From: a virus
Lineage: Duplodnaviria; Caudoviricetes
Direction: 5' to 3' (one strand)
Virus record (IMG/VR): IMGVR_UViG_3300044556_000025
Location: 28,564 to 92,563 of that record
Length of the DNA: 64,000 bases
Part shown: piece after piece, positions 1-9,396 of the stretch
Layout of the letters: each line of letters opens with the position of its first letter
Position numbering within the stretch: position 1 is the first letter of the stretch
Notes under the pieces: generated by a model
Database searches by the model: none
Seen by the model: the letters and a program-made list of their open reading frames with translations, nothing else
Told to the model about the DNA's origin: nothing
Program-made: the position numbers and the translations under genes

Positions 1-108
1 ACTTAGTAGCTAAGTACTTTTCAGAATACCCGATGTCAGACCCAAGTAAATTGAAGCCGTTTAAAGACATATTCGATAAATATATAGACATACACGAGGA
101 CGATAGCT

Positions 109-729
109 ATGAGCAACTTGCTTCAGTATAAAATATCTTCGTGGGACCAGTTGTCTAAGTGTCAGTCAAATAACTCTGTGGACTTGAGTATTAAAGTTCG
201 TCATTTTGTCAATAATACAGAGTTAAACGGAACAAACGTTTCTGTCGTACATAAAGACTATGGGACGCTTCTTTCGTACACTATCTTCCCTCAAGGCGAG
301 ATGATAACTGACATAACTAAAGACGACATACCTAAGATGACGTCTGAAATACTGTTAGACGAACTAAAGCGTTATGGGTTCTACGTTGTATACGAAGAAG
401 AATCACATCTTCCGTTAGGACAAGTCGATCTTCTCAAGACGCTTGCTGGCCTTAAGTTCGACAAGATTCGAATTCTGTCAATTCACGATATTTCAGACGT
501 GTGGGAAGACACGATACGAGTAACAGCATTCTCTATAGAGCGGAAGCCGAACTGGCTTAATTCGGGGTATTCTCCTTCTGTTAAGGAATGGAGAGAAGCA
601 ATTTTAGACGGATCGGCGTTTAACGTGTCAGGTCTGCCGGAGGCAAAGAAATATGACTGGTCGTTCTTATATAATTCTATACAAGACATACATACGTTGA
701 TAGACGAGAACGATGGTAGATATGCCTAA
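109..729 (+). CDS. Hypothetical phage protein (virion morphogenesis region)
   Basis: 206-aa ORF with GAGGA RBS; overlaps the next gene; no recognisable motif. Confidence 0.7.
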   Translation: MSNLLQYKISSWDQLSKCQSNNSVDLSIKVRHFVNNTELNGTNVSVVHKDYGTLLSYTIFPQGEMITDITKDDIPKMTSEILLDELKRYGFYVVYEEESHLPLGQVDLLKTLAGLKFDKIRILSIHDISDVWEDTIRVTAFSIERKPNWLNSGYSPSVKEWREAILDGSAFNVSGLPEAKKYDWSFLYNSIQDIHTLIDENDGRYA

Positions 730-1645
730 TCTAATTGGCAAAGATATAAAGCTAATGCGTGCAAGATATAACGAGGCGCTCCGATTGCAGGGGGTGCCTT
801 GTTCTTATATGTACCCGACGCTAGCTACTACAAGCAACCTCGGGGAATCTGTAGATGACATGTACTCTCTGCCTATAGAGACGAACATATTCTTCGAAGG
901 CTCCCCTAAGATAAAAACGTTTAAGCGGTTCGGGTGGGTTGTCGAAAACGACAAAGACTTGCCTTTCTTGATACATTGTAGCTTCGATTTGCCGCAAGTA
1001 CAACGTGACTCTGTTTTTAAGATAGCCGGTCAGTATACGGAACTCCCTGACAGAACGTTCAAAGTTACTGAGATTTCATATGACATTCAAGCTCCCGACC
1101 ACATTGTTTGCCAAGTAGTGCCAGTATATGACAAACAAATTTCAGGTAGGACTAAACAAGAAGTCTCTTCTACGTTCAATACCTCACACCACTTCTTGAA
1201 AGCTAACACAGACTATAGAGGACATTCGGTGTCACAATCTGACAGATATCGTCGGAGCGGCAAGGTAATAACAAAGGAAAAGTACGATAGCTTTGTAGGC
1301 GTAATTTCTGGAGACAATATGTTAAGTGTTAGAAATTCAGACATACAACTTACCCGAGGTGACTCGGCAAGCTTCAATCTAGTTATAACAAAGTCAGACG
1401 GCAGCTTATATACTCGAAAGGACGGGGACAAGCTAATATTCACGCTGAAGAAAACGTACAACTCGGCAGAGGCTTTATTATCTAAAGAAATTTCTGATTT
1501 TAATCTAGTATTGAACCCCGAAGACACGTCTAAACTTTCGTACGGTGAGTATTGGTACGACGTTCAACTAACAACTAAAGACAACAAAGTGTATACCGTA
1601 ATCGGCCCCGCACGATTTGTTCTTCGCGAAGAAGTAACGTTTTAG
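722..1645 (+). CDS. Putative neck/head-completion protein fused to a C-terminal BppU-like (baseplate upper protein N-terminal) domain
   Basis: Lies upstream of the tail terminator and sheath. The last ~108 aa (IQLTRGDSASF...L.PEDTSKLSYGEYWYDVQL...YTVIGP..FVLREEVT) resemble BppU-like small proteins and have their own GGAG-ATG at 1310-1321. Confidence 0.5.
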   Translation: MPNLIGKDIKLMRARYNEALRLQGVPCSYMYPTLATTSNLGESVDDMYSLPIETNIFFEGSPKIKTFKRFGWVVENDKDLPFLIHCSFDLPQVQRDSVFKIAGQYTELPDRTFKVTEISYDIQAPDHIVCQVVPVYDKQISGRTKQEVSSTFNTSHHFLKANTDYRGHSVSQSDRYRRSGKVITKEKYDSFVGVISGDNMLSVRNSDIQLTRGDSASFNLVITKSDGSLYTRKDGDKLIFTLKKTYNSAEALLSKEISDFNLVLNPEDTSKLSYGEYWYDVQLTTKDNKVYTVIGPARFVLREEVTF

Positions 1646-1653
1646 GAGTAACA

Positions 1654-1826
1654 ATGTCTGACAAAGAAATTTCTGGTATAATAGAAAATCAAGCTACGCT
1701 CAAAGGGAAGATATACGAGGGGCAGTATGAACTCAAAGGGAAGATATACGAGGGCAGTCTGAATACGAAATAGCTTGCTCTCACGGTTTCGCAGGAATAG
1801 AAGAAGACAAGCTGTTAAAGAAGTAA
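1654..1826 (+). pseudogene. Frameshifted remnant of a collagen-like/tail-fibre gene, with a 33-bp tandem duplication
   Basis: AGGAG RBS and ATG at 1654. Repeat ctcaaagggaagatatacgaggg(g)cagt occurs at 1699 and 1732, the second copy lacking one G. Restoring the G gives GQSEYEIACSHGFAGIEED, resembling the GKSAYEIAVxxGFxGTEEEW motif. Confidence 0.5.
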
Positions 1827-1917
1827 CTGATGTATTTGATCGGTAACATCAATTTCACCTAAAATTAAATGCGTAATAATTAGACGTTGCGCAGTAAACT
1901 TGCTCCCATAAGTTTGG

Positions 1918-2523
1918 TTGGTATCATTGATTTACTTATACGACAACGCGATTGTCGACGACCTTTCGTCGTCGTTTAACGAAGACATATCTAACCCAGT
2001 TGTTAGAGTAGTGTCTCCAGAGTCTTCTATTGGAATTGTAGCTCAGATACAAGAAGACGACATATCCTTCCCTATTGTCGTATTAGAGAGGCAAGATCCC
2101 ATATCGCTTGACTCGCGTCGTTACAACTTTGTAAATTCGAAGCGAGGAGTTGACGCTGTTTTTGAAAAAGAAGAAAACAACTATTACAAAGAGCAGTCAA
2201 TTCCAATAGACTTGTCATATAAGCTTACAGTTCTAACTTCGTCACAAGAAGACTTAGACGAAATAATACGAGAAATAATGTTCAAGTACACGTCAATGTA
2301 CTTTATGGATATACGCATACCTTATGAGAGCAATCGTGATATTTCGTTCGGTGTTATAATTGACAGCCAATCAGGTATACAACAAGAGTCGGGAATCTCG
2401 CAGTACACACAGTCCGGTCAACTCTTTCAGGCATCTATTATACTTAAGTGCGAAGGGTGCGTCTTAATAAACTACGTTCCCGTACATATTAAGAGAACTG
2501 TATATGACATAGAAGCAAAGTAA
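1918..2523 (+). CDS. Putative tail terminator/sheath stabiliser (T4 gp15-like)
   Basis: Size, position before the sheath, and the pattern PIDLSYKLTVLTSSQEDLDEII. Confidence 0.55.
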   Translation: MVSLIYLYDNAIVDDLSSSFNEDISNPVVRVVSPESSIGIVAQIQEDDISFPIVVLERQDPISLDSRRYNFVNSKRGVDAVFEKEENNYYKEQSIPIDLSYKLTVLTSSQEDLDEIIREIMFKYTSMYFMDIRIPYESNRDISFGVIIDSQSGIQQESGISQYTQSGQLFQASIILKCEGCVLINYVPVHIKRTVYDIEAK

Positions 2524-2534
2524 GGAGTTGACAT

Positions 2535-2813
2535 ATGGGTTTCTATAAAAACGTTGGAAATTATCCAAAGACATTCTATGGAATTACCATCGAACCTGGA
2601 GAGACAAAGGAGCTTCCAGGGTACCCGTTTGGTAATAACATAATAGAAGTAGATGAGGTGGAACTTCCAAAGAAGCGTCGGGGTCGCAAGCCAGCGTCGG
2701 CTACCTCTACCACCACGTCACCTTTAATCAATGACGAAAAAGCTTCGGATGATAAAGACTCTTCAGAATCTGAAGCTGTAGAAGACAAAGATTCGAAAGA
2801 GAAGGTTAGCTAA
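2535..2813 (+). CDS. Small pre-sheath hypothetical protein with low-complexity charged tail
   Basis: AAGGAG RBS; stop overlaps the sheath start. Confidence 0.7.
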   Translation: MGFYKNVGNYPKTFYGITIEPGETKELPGYPFGNNIIEVDEVELPKKRRGRKPASATSTTTSPLINDEKASDDKDSSESEAVEDKDSKEKVS

Positions 2814-4774
2814 TGGCCAATATTGTCATTAACGAAGTATCAGCTAACTATAATTTCAATGTAGCTAGCTCTTCGTACTGCACGGTAGCACTGCCAATTA
2901 CCGCTTCTTGGGGCCCGGGCTTTTCAGACTCGCAAACCACTGGTTTCAAAGATGATAACTCGAGCCAAGAAGACGATCCTCTAGAAGGTGTCGTTTGGTC
3001 TAAATTCCCGTCAACACAGTCAGGCCTAGAGTCGTTTGTGTCTACGTTCCGAGGACCCACCGAACAATACATTAAACATCAAGACTATTCGTATCAGCAA
3101 GCGATGTCACTAATTGCCAACGGATACGACGTACTTGTATGTCGCGTCGCAACGGGCGCAGCTGCTTCTTGTAAGATTCCGTTTAAGACTGCAGAGGGTG
3201 ACTCGGGTACCGCTAAGCCTCTTACCATAAAAGCTAAATATTTAGGCAGCTTCGGCAACAACTTGCAGCTAGACGTCCGGAAGCTAACTTCTCGCACTTC
3301 TTCTAACGAAGAGTTCGGGTATTGGAACGTTATCGTTTACATTGTCTCTTCTAACTATTCGAAGACGGCAGTCGAGAACTTGAAGTTTGTGTTTAACGCA
3401 GACAACGCAACGTCTGATATCGTACACGTTTCAGAAATCGATTCTAACTTCGTTACTTTCGAGACAAACACTGCCCCCGACGTCGATACCGTAATTATTG
3501 AAAAGAAGAGCGATGACGCAAATCACGTAACCTACGATCCGTCATCTGATTCTATTCTTGTTAATATGACAGGCGGCACAGATCTACCTACTAAGGGTGA
3601 TATAAAGTCTGCTCAAGATCTTGCAAAAGCTCGTTACAACTTAACTGGTCGCGATGAGTTCACTGCACCCTTCAACTCTGCTCAAGATCAAGAAGCTGGC
3701 GTATATCTAACTAAGCTCAACGCGCTTACAGACGTCCCAGATCAGAAAGCTAAGTCAATTCTCTTCCGCGAGTGGATGTTTAACGCAGCATATACCGTTC
3801 TTGGAATGCTATCAGATCGTCTTACTTATAACCCACAACGAGTTATCGTCCCTGGCTGGGATGACGCAGACGTTCGTTATTTAGACGATGATGACCCGAC
3901 AGCTTACGTAAAGAGCCTAGAGCCTGCACCGCTTCATCTTCGTCTAATGTATATCGCATATGTCGCACGCTGCACCACAGCATACCTTGACATCCCACGT
4001 TCTCTAGCTCGCGTAGGAGTTTGGAACTCTTCTACTGATGAGAAACAAACAGGCTACGCACAGAAGCTCTCTCGCAACTTCGAGACGTATTACGGCAGTC
4101 AGTTCTCGTCTCATTCGGCAATCTTCGCACCCTGGGGCAAGTTCCGTTATACCGGCACCACAAAGCAATCAATTGCGTCCCCGTCTTTCTTAGCTCTACT
4201 TATCGATCATGCAATGATTTCAAATCAGACTAGCCAATACGAGTGGGAGCTTCCTACCTCACGTAAACACAATCTCGCCATCGGTAAGCTCGACTACTCA
4301 ATCTCTAAGAAGTACTTAGATCTCTGGCAGAGCACAACGGGCGGAGGCGTAGGTGTCAACTGCATTTCGAATATTCCTGACCTAGGTACTACCCTCTGGG
4401 GCAACTCTACATTATTCGAAGTTCCTCCTGCAACTTACCAAGCTCTTAGCAACCTGAGCACTCGAAAGCTTGTTAACGCTGTCAAAGATCTAGCTTTCAA
4501 GTGCGGAATAGGCATTACGTTCAATTACAACAACGACGAAGCTTATCAGTCATTCTATGCAGGCATGACACCGCTTCTCGATACAATGCGCAACGTTGGT
4601 GCAATCAACGATTACAAAGTAACAATGGCGGCAGATATCAACGGTCTTGACAACGTTAACGCAAACTCTGTTATTGGTACTATCTACTTAATTGTCCCCG
4701 GTGTTATCAACACGATTAGCATCGACCTCGTTGCTCTGCCGCCTTCGGTCTCTATCGCAAGCGTAACGGCATAA
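2813..4774 (+). CDS. Contractile tail sheath protein
   Basis: 653 aa. N-terminal ASWGP and IKAKYLGSFGNNL; C-terminal LWGNSTL...LSTRKLVNAVK...TFNYN...GAINDYKVTM...IGTIYL, typical of the sheath C-terminal domain. Confidence 0.9.
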   Translation: MANIVINEVSANYNFNVASSSYCTVALPITASWGPGFSDSQTTGFKDDNSSQEDDPLEGVVWSKFPSTQSGLESFVSTFRGPTEQYIKHQDYSYQQAMSLIANGYDVLVCRVATGAAASCKIPFKTAEGDSGTAKPLTIKAKYLGSFGNNLQLDVRKLTSRTSSNEEFGYWNVIVYIVSSNYSKTAVENLKFVFNADNATSDIVHVSEIDSNFVTFETNTAPDVDTVIIEKKSDDANHVTYDPSSDSILVNMTGGTDLPTKGDIKSAQDLAKARYNLTGRDEFTAPFNSAQDQEAGVYLTKLNALTDVPDQKAKSILFREWMFNAAYTVLGMLSDRLTYNPQRVIVPGWDDADVRYLDDDDPTAYVKSLEPAPLHLRLMYIAYVARCTTAYLDIPRSLARVGVWNSSTDEKQTGYAQKLSRNFETYYGSQFSSHSAIFAPWGKFRYTGTTKQSIASPSFLALLIDHAMISNQTSQYEWELPTSRKHNLAIGKLDYSISKKYLDLWQSTTGGGVGVNCISNIPDLGTTLWGNSTLFEVPPATYQALSNLSTRKLVNAVKDLAFKCGIGITFNYNNDEAYQSFYAGMTPLLDTMRNVGAINDYKVTMAADINGLDNVNANSVIGTIYLIVPGVINTISIDLVALPPSVSIASVTA

Positions 4775-4797
4775 TCAAAACACACAAGCTTTATACT

Positions 4798-4832
4798 AAG
4801 GATCGTTATACACAAAGTATAGCGATCCTTTT
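4798..4832 (+). terminator. Rho-independent terminator-like hairpin after the sheath gene
   Basis: aaggatcgttatac-acaaa-gtatagcgatcctt followed by T residues. Confidence 0.6.
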
Positions 4833-4835
4833 ACT

Positions 4836-6563
4836 ATGATTCGAGAATATATGAAAGAGCGCAAGTGCGTCATTTGCGGTAAAGCGTTTGTTCCTAAGAA
4901 TCCGAAACAAAAGATGTGCGGCGACGCACATTATCATCCATGCCCTGTGTGCGGAAAGCCCGTATTGACAAAGGTGCCTAGCGACATTAATAAGTGTTGT
5001 TCTAAGAAGTGCGGGCAAGTTCTTGCTCAAAAGAACAGAGAAAAAACATACAAGTCTAAGTATGATTCGGATTCTCTTAGTGAAATACAGTCGTCTAAAG
5101 TTTACATGAAAACGTGTAAGTGGTGTGGAAAGAAGTTTAAAACGTCGCATCCTCGCCAAGATTATTGTGGTAACGATTATTACAAATGTCCAGTCTGCGG
5201 TAAGTTGACAAAAATAAATGAAGATAGGTCTAATATTGGAAAAGCGTGCTCGAAAGAATGCAAGCGGAAATTAACTCAAGCTACAAACGAGTCTAAATAC
5301 GGTAGTAAAGAGATATTCGAATCTAATTATTTTAAAGAGAAACGCGCTTCTACGTCTATTAAGAAATACGGAGTGGACATACCCTCTAAAAGTGACAACG
5401 TTAAGTCGAAGTACAAAGAGACAATGAACTCTATATATGGTGTCACGTACCCTTTACAAAACAAAGATATCAAGAAGAAAGTAGAAGAAACAAACAGAGA
5501 TAAATACGGTTCTGCGTGGCCTATGTCTAACGACGACGTAAAAGCAAAAGCTAAGAGTACGTTTGACGAGAAGTACGACGGCATAGGGTTTGGGTCTCGA
5601 GCTATCAGAAAAAAGATAAAGTCTTCTCTAATAGAAGAATATGGTGTTGACAGCCCTATGAAGTCTGATGAGATTAAAGAAAAAGTTATCAAAACTAACT
5701 TACAGCGCTATAACTCACAATACTACAATAGTTCAGATTATAGATATATGAACTTAGGTATGACGGACAGTCAGATAGGGCTATGGAAATCTTTTAAAGA
5801 AGATCCATATCGCTTCATACTTTCATTGCCCGAAGTAGACAGGCACGTATATAAGCTGTCGCAGATATTTGGAATTTCAGAAACTCCAATACAATGTATT
5901 CTTCACGAAAATAACTTATACGAATATATGAACAAGTCACATTCGTATATAGAAGACGAAGTTTATGATTTTGTAAGGTCGGCTTTGCCACAAAATGTGA
6001 AAATAGTTAGAAACGATAGAACTGCTATTAGTCCGCACGAACTAGACATATACGTACCAGATTTTAAATTTGCAATTGAAGTTGACCCTACAGCTACACA
6101 TAACTCTTCGATAAATATATTCGACAAAGAGATAATGTCACCTTCATATCACAAAAACAAGTCTTTAGCTTGCAAAGACGCTGGAATATCCTTGTTTCAT
6201 TTGTTCGACTACAACTGGGAAAATAAACGAAGTATCATAGAATCAATGATACAGAATCGTCTAGGTGTAAACAATACGAAGTTGTATGCTCGAAATTTGC
6301 GAGTTGCGGGGGTTTCGTACAAAGAAAGCTCTAAGTTCCTACGTGAAAATCATCTTTTGGGCGATTCACAGTCTAGAATTCGTTTAGGTCTATATAATGG
6401 AGCAGAACTTGTATCGCTGATGACGTTTGGTATGATACGTCCCTCACAAGGACGTCAATCTGACGAAGCAATCGAGCTTCGAAGATTTTGTAGTAAACTT
6501 GGGTGTGTGATAGACGGCGGAGCGTCTAAGCTTTTTAAACACGCTTTATATTTCGAGCCGTAA
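4836..6563 (+). pseudogene. Zn-finger/Hef-like putative homing endonuclease, C-terminally truncated at an IS200/IS605 left end
   Basis: CxxC repeats, KYGVxxP repeats, ELDIYVP..FAIEVDP..TH nuclease-like motif, ending GGASKLFK. It lacks the ISYCD...YDCGQ tail present in the paralogues at 9397 and 52125. Confidence 0.7.
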
Positions 6564-6608
6564 AACCGCGAAGCTTTAGCTTCGTGGATGTAAGACTCCA
6601 AACTAAGC

Positions 6609-6704
6609 CCGCTTTGGTCTGATGGATATTTCATCGCCTCTATCGGCGAGGTCAGCGCGGCTACGCTCAAAGAATATATCGAGAATCAAGGAAAGTCTGG
6701 TTGA
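6609..6704 (+). pseudogene. tnpA: C-terminal remnant of Y1 transposase TnpA
   Basis: Translates as PLWSDGYFIASIGEVSAATLKEYIENQGKSG*, the conserved LWxxGYF...YIxNQ catalytic-Tyr region; the HUH part is missing. Confidence 0.85.
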
Positions 6705-6761
6705 CTTCTTGAAACATTTAATATATAATATCAATATATTAAATAGGAAGGAGGTGAAACC

Positions 6762-8015
6762 GTGTATCTGACGCAAACAAATGTGATAAGAAACCTTAGC
6801 AAAGAACAGTTTCAAGCACTTAGGGATATGTGCCGCTATTCAAACAATCTTTACAATTACGGATTGTATTGCATACGGCAGCATTATTTTGATACAAAAC
6901 AGTTCTTGCCCTATGAAAGTAACTATCATGTCTGTAAAGAAAATGAGAACTATGCTCTTTTGCAAGCAGGAGTATCGCAACAAATACTTCGGGTTGTAGA
7001 CCGTAACTTCAAGTCTTTCTTTAATCTTATCAAAAAGGCCAAAGGCGGGGATTATCGCTTTCAAGATATCAACATTCCACATTACCGCAAAAAGGGTGGG
7101 CTGTTTCTGCTTGTGTTACAGAAGAACTCTATTTCTATCAAAAATGGGTTCTTTAAGGTGCCTATGAGCCGTGAATTTAGGAAACTGCATGATGTTGAAA
7201 TTACAATACCATATCCTAAAAGACTTGCTGACAAAGAACTCAAAGAAGTCCGCATACTGCCATGCTCAGGTGGAAGGTTCTTCAAGATACAGTATGTGTA
7301 TGAAGAACCAGAGACTAATCTTCACCTAAACAGCGAAAATTTTCTTGCTATCGACCTTGGTGTAGACAATCTTGCCACTTGCGTTTCAAATGTCAGGACT
7401 CCGTTCATCATAGACGGACGTAATCTAAAATCCATCAATTGGCATTGGAACAAAGAAAAAGCAAGACTTCAATCTGTTTTGGATAAGCAAGGTGTTAAAG
7501 GCGGCAAGAGCAATAAGGTGTATGCCATCACAGAAAAGCGCAATCGTCGTATCAATGACGGTATCAAGAAAGCTGCAAGATATGTCGTCAATAACTGTAT
7601 TGCTCACGACATAGGCACTCTGATAGTTGGTTACAACAAAGACTTCAAGAGGGGCATCAACATCGGCAAAAGGAACAACCAGTCTTTTGTTCAGATACCG
7701 TTAGGCGACCTTCGTTTACAGCTCAGAAACCTTTGCGAACGCTATGGCATAAACTACATTGAACAAGAAGAAAGCTATACATCAAAGTCGAGCTACCTCG
7801 ACAGCGATATTCTTCCTGAATACAAAGCTGAGCATCCTTACACAGGGACATTCAGTGGCAAACGCATCCATCGAGGCATTTACAAAGCAAAAGACGGCAC
7901 GCTCATCAATGCTGATGTAAACGGTGCCGCCAATATCTCAAGAAAAGTAAGCGGAAGCATCATGCAACCGTGTATCGGGCTTTTGGCAAGCCCTCAAAGA
8001 ATAAGGCTCACCTAA
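6762..8015 (+). CDS. tnpB: RNA-guided endonuclease TnpB (rearranged RuvC-II type, no Zn finger)
   Basis: GGAGG RBS. Motifs NNLYN, AIDLGVDNL (RuvC-I), IVGYN at the usual RuvC-II position with EESYTSK downstream, and NADVNGAANI (RuvC-III). Confidence 0.92.
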   Translation: MYLTQTNVIRNLSKEQFQALRDMCRYSNNLYNYGLYCIRQHYFDTKQFLPYESNYHVCKENENYALLQAGVSQQILRVVDRNFKSFFNLIKKAKGGDYRFQDINIPHYRKKGGLFLLVLQKNSISIKNGFFKVPMSREFRKLHDVEITIPYPKRLADKELKEVRILPCSGGRFFKIQYVYEEPETNLHLNSENFLAIDLGVDNLATCVSNVRTPFIIDGRNLKSINWHWNKEKARLQSVLDKQGVKGGKSNKVYAITEKRNRRINDGIKKAARYVVNNCIAHDIGTLIVGYNKDFKRGINIGKRNNQSFVQIPLGDLRLQLRNLCERYGINYIEQEESYTSKSSYLDSDILPEYKAEHPYTGTFSGKRIHRGIYKAKDGTLINADVNGAANISRKVSGSIMQPCIGLLASPQRIRLT

Positions 8016-8122
8016 GCAAACTTCTTTGGAATCCCCGATGCTTTAGCATCGTGGGAGTGTCAAAAGTTACATAGATAAATTCTTATATACGTATTGTAGT
8101 ACCCACGCAACTTGGAGAGGCT

Positions 8123-9181
8123 ATGAGCTATCCCACAGACAAAGAGCTAGAGGGGAAATATTTAGACGAATCCTCTCTTACAACAATAAAACACCTTGCC
8201 ATACCTACGACTACAGAAGAAAAGAATAAATGTTATCAAGACTTTGACATAACGTGGCTATATCAAAGTGAGATGTTTTACGATAACATAGCAAATGGTA
8301 GTTTTACAGGAATTTATCCGGGATGCAGTTTTACGGCTAAAGACGCAGATGGGACATTATATAGGATACGTATACTTGAATTAGATAGATATTATTATGG
8401 CTGCAGTGAAAACCTTAATAGGCCCGCCGAATTGTCGAATGATAAAACTATGTTAACTAGTTCTGCGTACATAAATCACCATATTGTGTGTACGTTAGAT
8501 AGCAGTGCGGCTTGGTCATCTATGATTGGATTTTATACACACGATTTTAGCGGAACCACGTTTAATAGTACAAACAGTGTGTCTACAGGATATTACGGTT
8601 CCGGTCTTCGAAGTTGGATAAACAATACGCTGCTAACAAAGATCACAGAAATGTTCCAAACACATCTATTGACTGTATTGATTCGTTGTTCGACTAGCGC
8701 GCCAGCTTCAGGGTCTCAAAACCCTGCAAGCTACATTTGGTCTCCAGAAAAAGTATTTGTACCTTGCATTGAAGACTTCGTTTATCAATATCCAATACTC
8801 GCTACGCAAAGCGGAATGGTTGAGCCCAGCATACAGGGTGTAAGCGACGAAAGAATAAACGAATCAGCGTCTTACGAACCGTTTGCGGCAGTTAAGTATA
8901 ATTCGTTTTTGACACAACAAGCAACTTTTGGTTTGAACGGGTCTACAGTATATTCAGCTACTCAAGAATACTGGGTCAGGAATTTAGCTAGTAACAAGAT
9001 TGCCGATAACTCTGCTACGCCCGCTGTTACGTACGGTGGCGGAAGCTTAGAGATGTACGAATCTCGAGACAACGATAAATTTAACATTCGATCTAAAAAT
9101 TTAGTAGCTGCAAACACGCGCGCTGGGGTATATCCAATATTTGTTCTAGGGACGGAAAACAAAACATATGATAGGGCGTAA
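8123..9181 (+). CDS. Putative receptor-binding/virion protein with DUF6273-like (C-type-lectin-like) C-terminus
   Basis: GYYGSGLRSWIN...YWVRN...GVYPIFVLG; paralogous to the C-terminal part of 14419-16965. Confidence 0.5.
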   Translation: MSYPTDKELEGKYLDESSLTTIKHLAIPTTTEEKNKCYQDFDITWLYQSEMFYDNIANGSFTGIYPGCSFTAKDADGTLYRIRILELDRYYYGCSENLNRPAELSNDKTMLTSSAYINHHIVCTLDSSAAWSSMIGFYTHDFSGTTFNSTNSVSTGYYGSGLRSWINNTLLTKITEMFQTHLLTVLIRCSTSAPASGSQNPASYIWSPEKVFVPCIEDFVYQYPILATQSGMVEPSIQGVSDERINESASYEPFAAVKYNSFLTQQATFGLNGSTVYSATQEYWVRNLASNKIADNSATPAVTYGGGSLEMYESRDNDKFNIRSKNLVAANTRAGVYPIFVLGTENKTYDRA

Positions 9182-9396
9182 AATGATCTAGTGTCGGAAA
9201 ACTAAGACAACATCTAACGTTATATAATTTTAATTACAATAAATAAACATAGATACGTAACAGCTTTTACAGATGACGAAAATATTTGGGATAAATATCA
9301 CGAAGATATAGATTTTGATCCTGCTCGGAGTAGTTCACATCCTATTTCAAGTCGCTGATAGAGAATGTAATTAAGAAGTAACTTAGATATACAGAT

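Larger units (their letters stand above)
6550..8063 (+). mobile_element. Non-autonomous IS200/IS605 element (IS608-like ends; tnpA remnant plus tnpB)
   Basis: Left hairpin ccgcgaagctttagcttcgtgg (6566-6587) lies after TTTAT. Right end GAAT-ccccgatgctttagcatcgtggg-agtg-TCAA (ends 8063) matches the IS608 right-end architecture. Left boundary is approximate. Confidence 0.85.
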
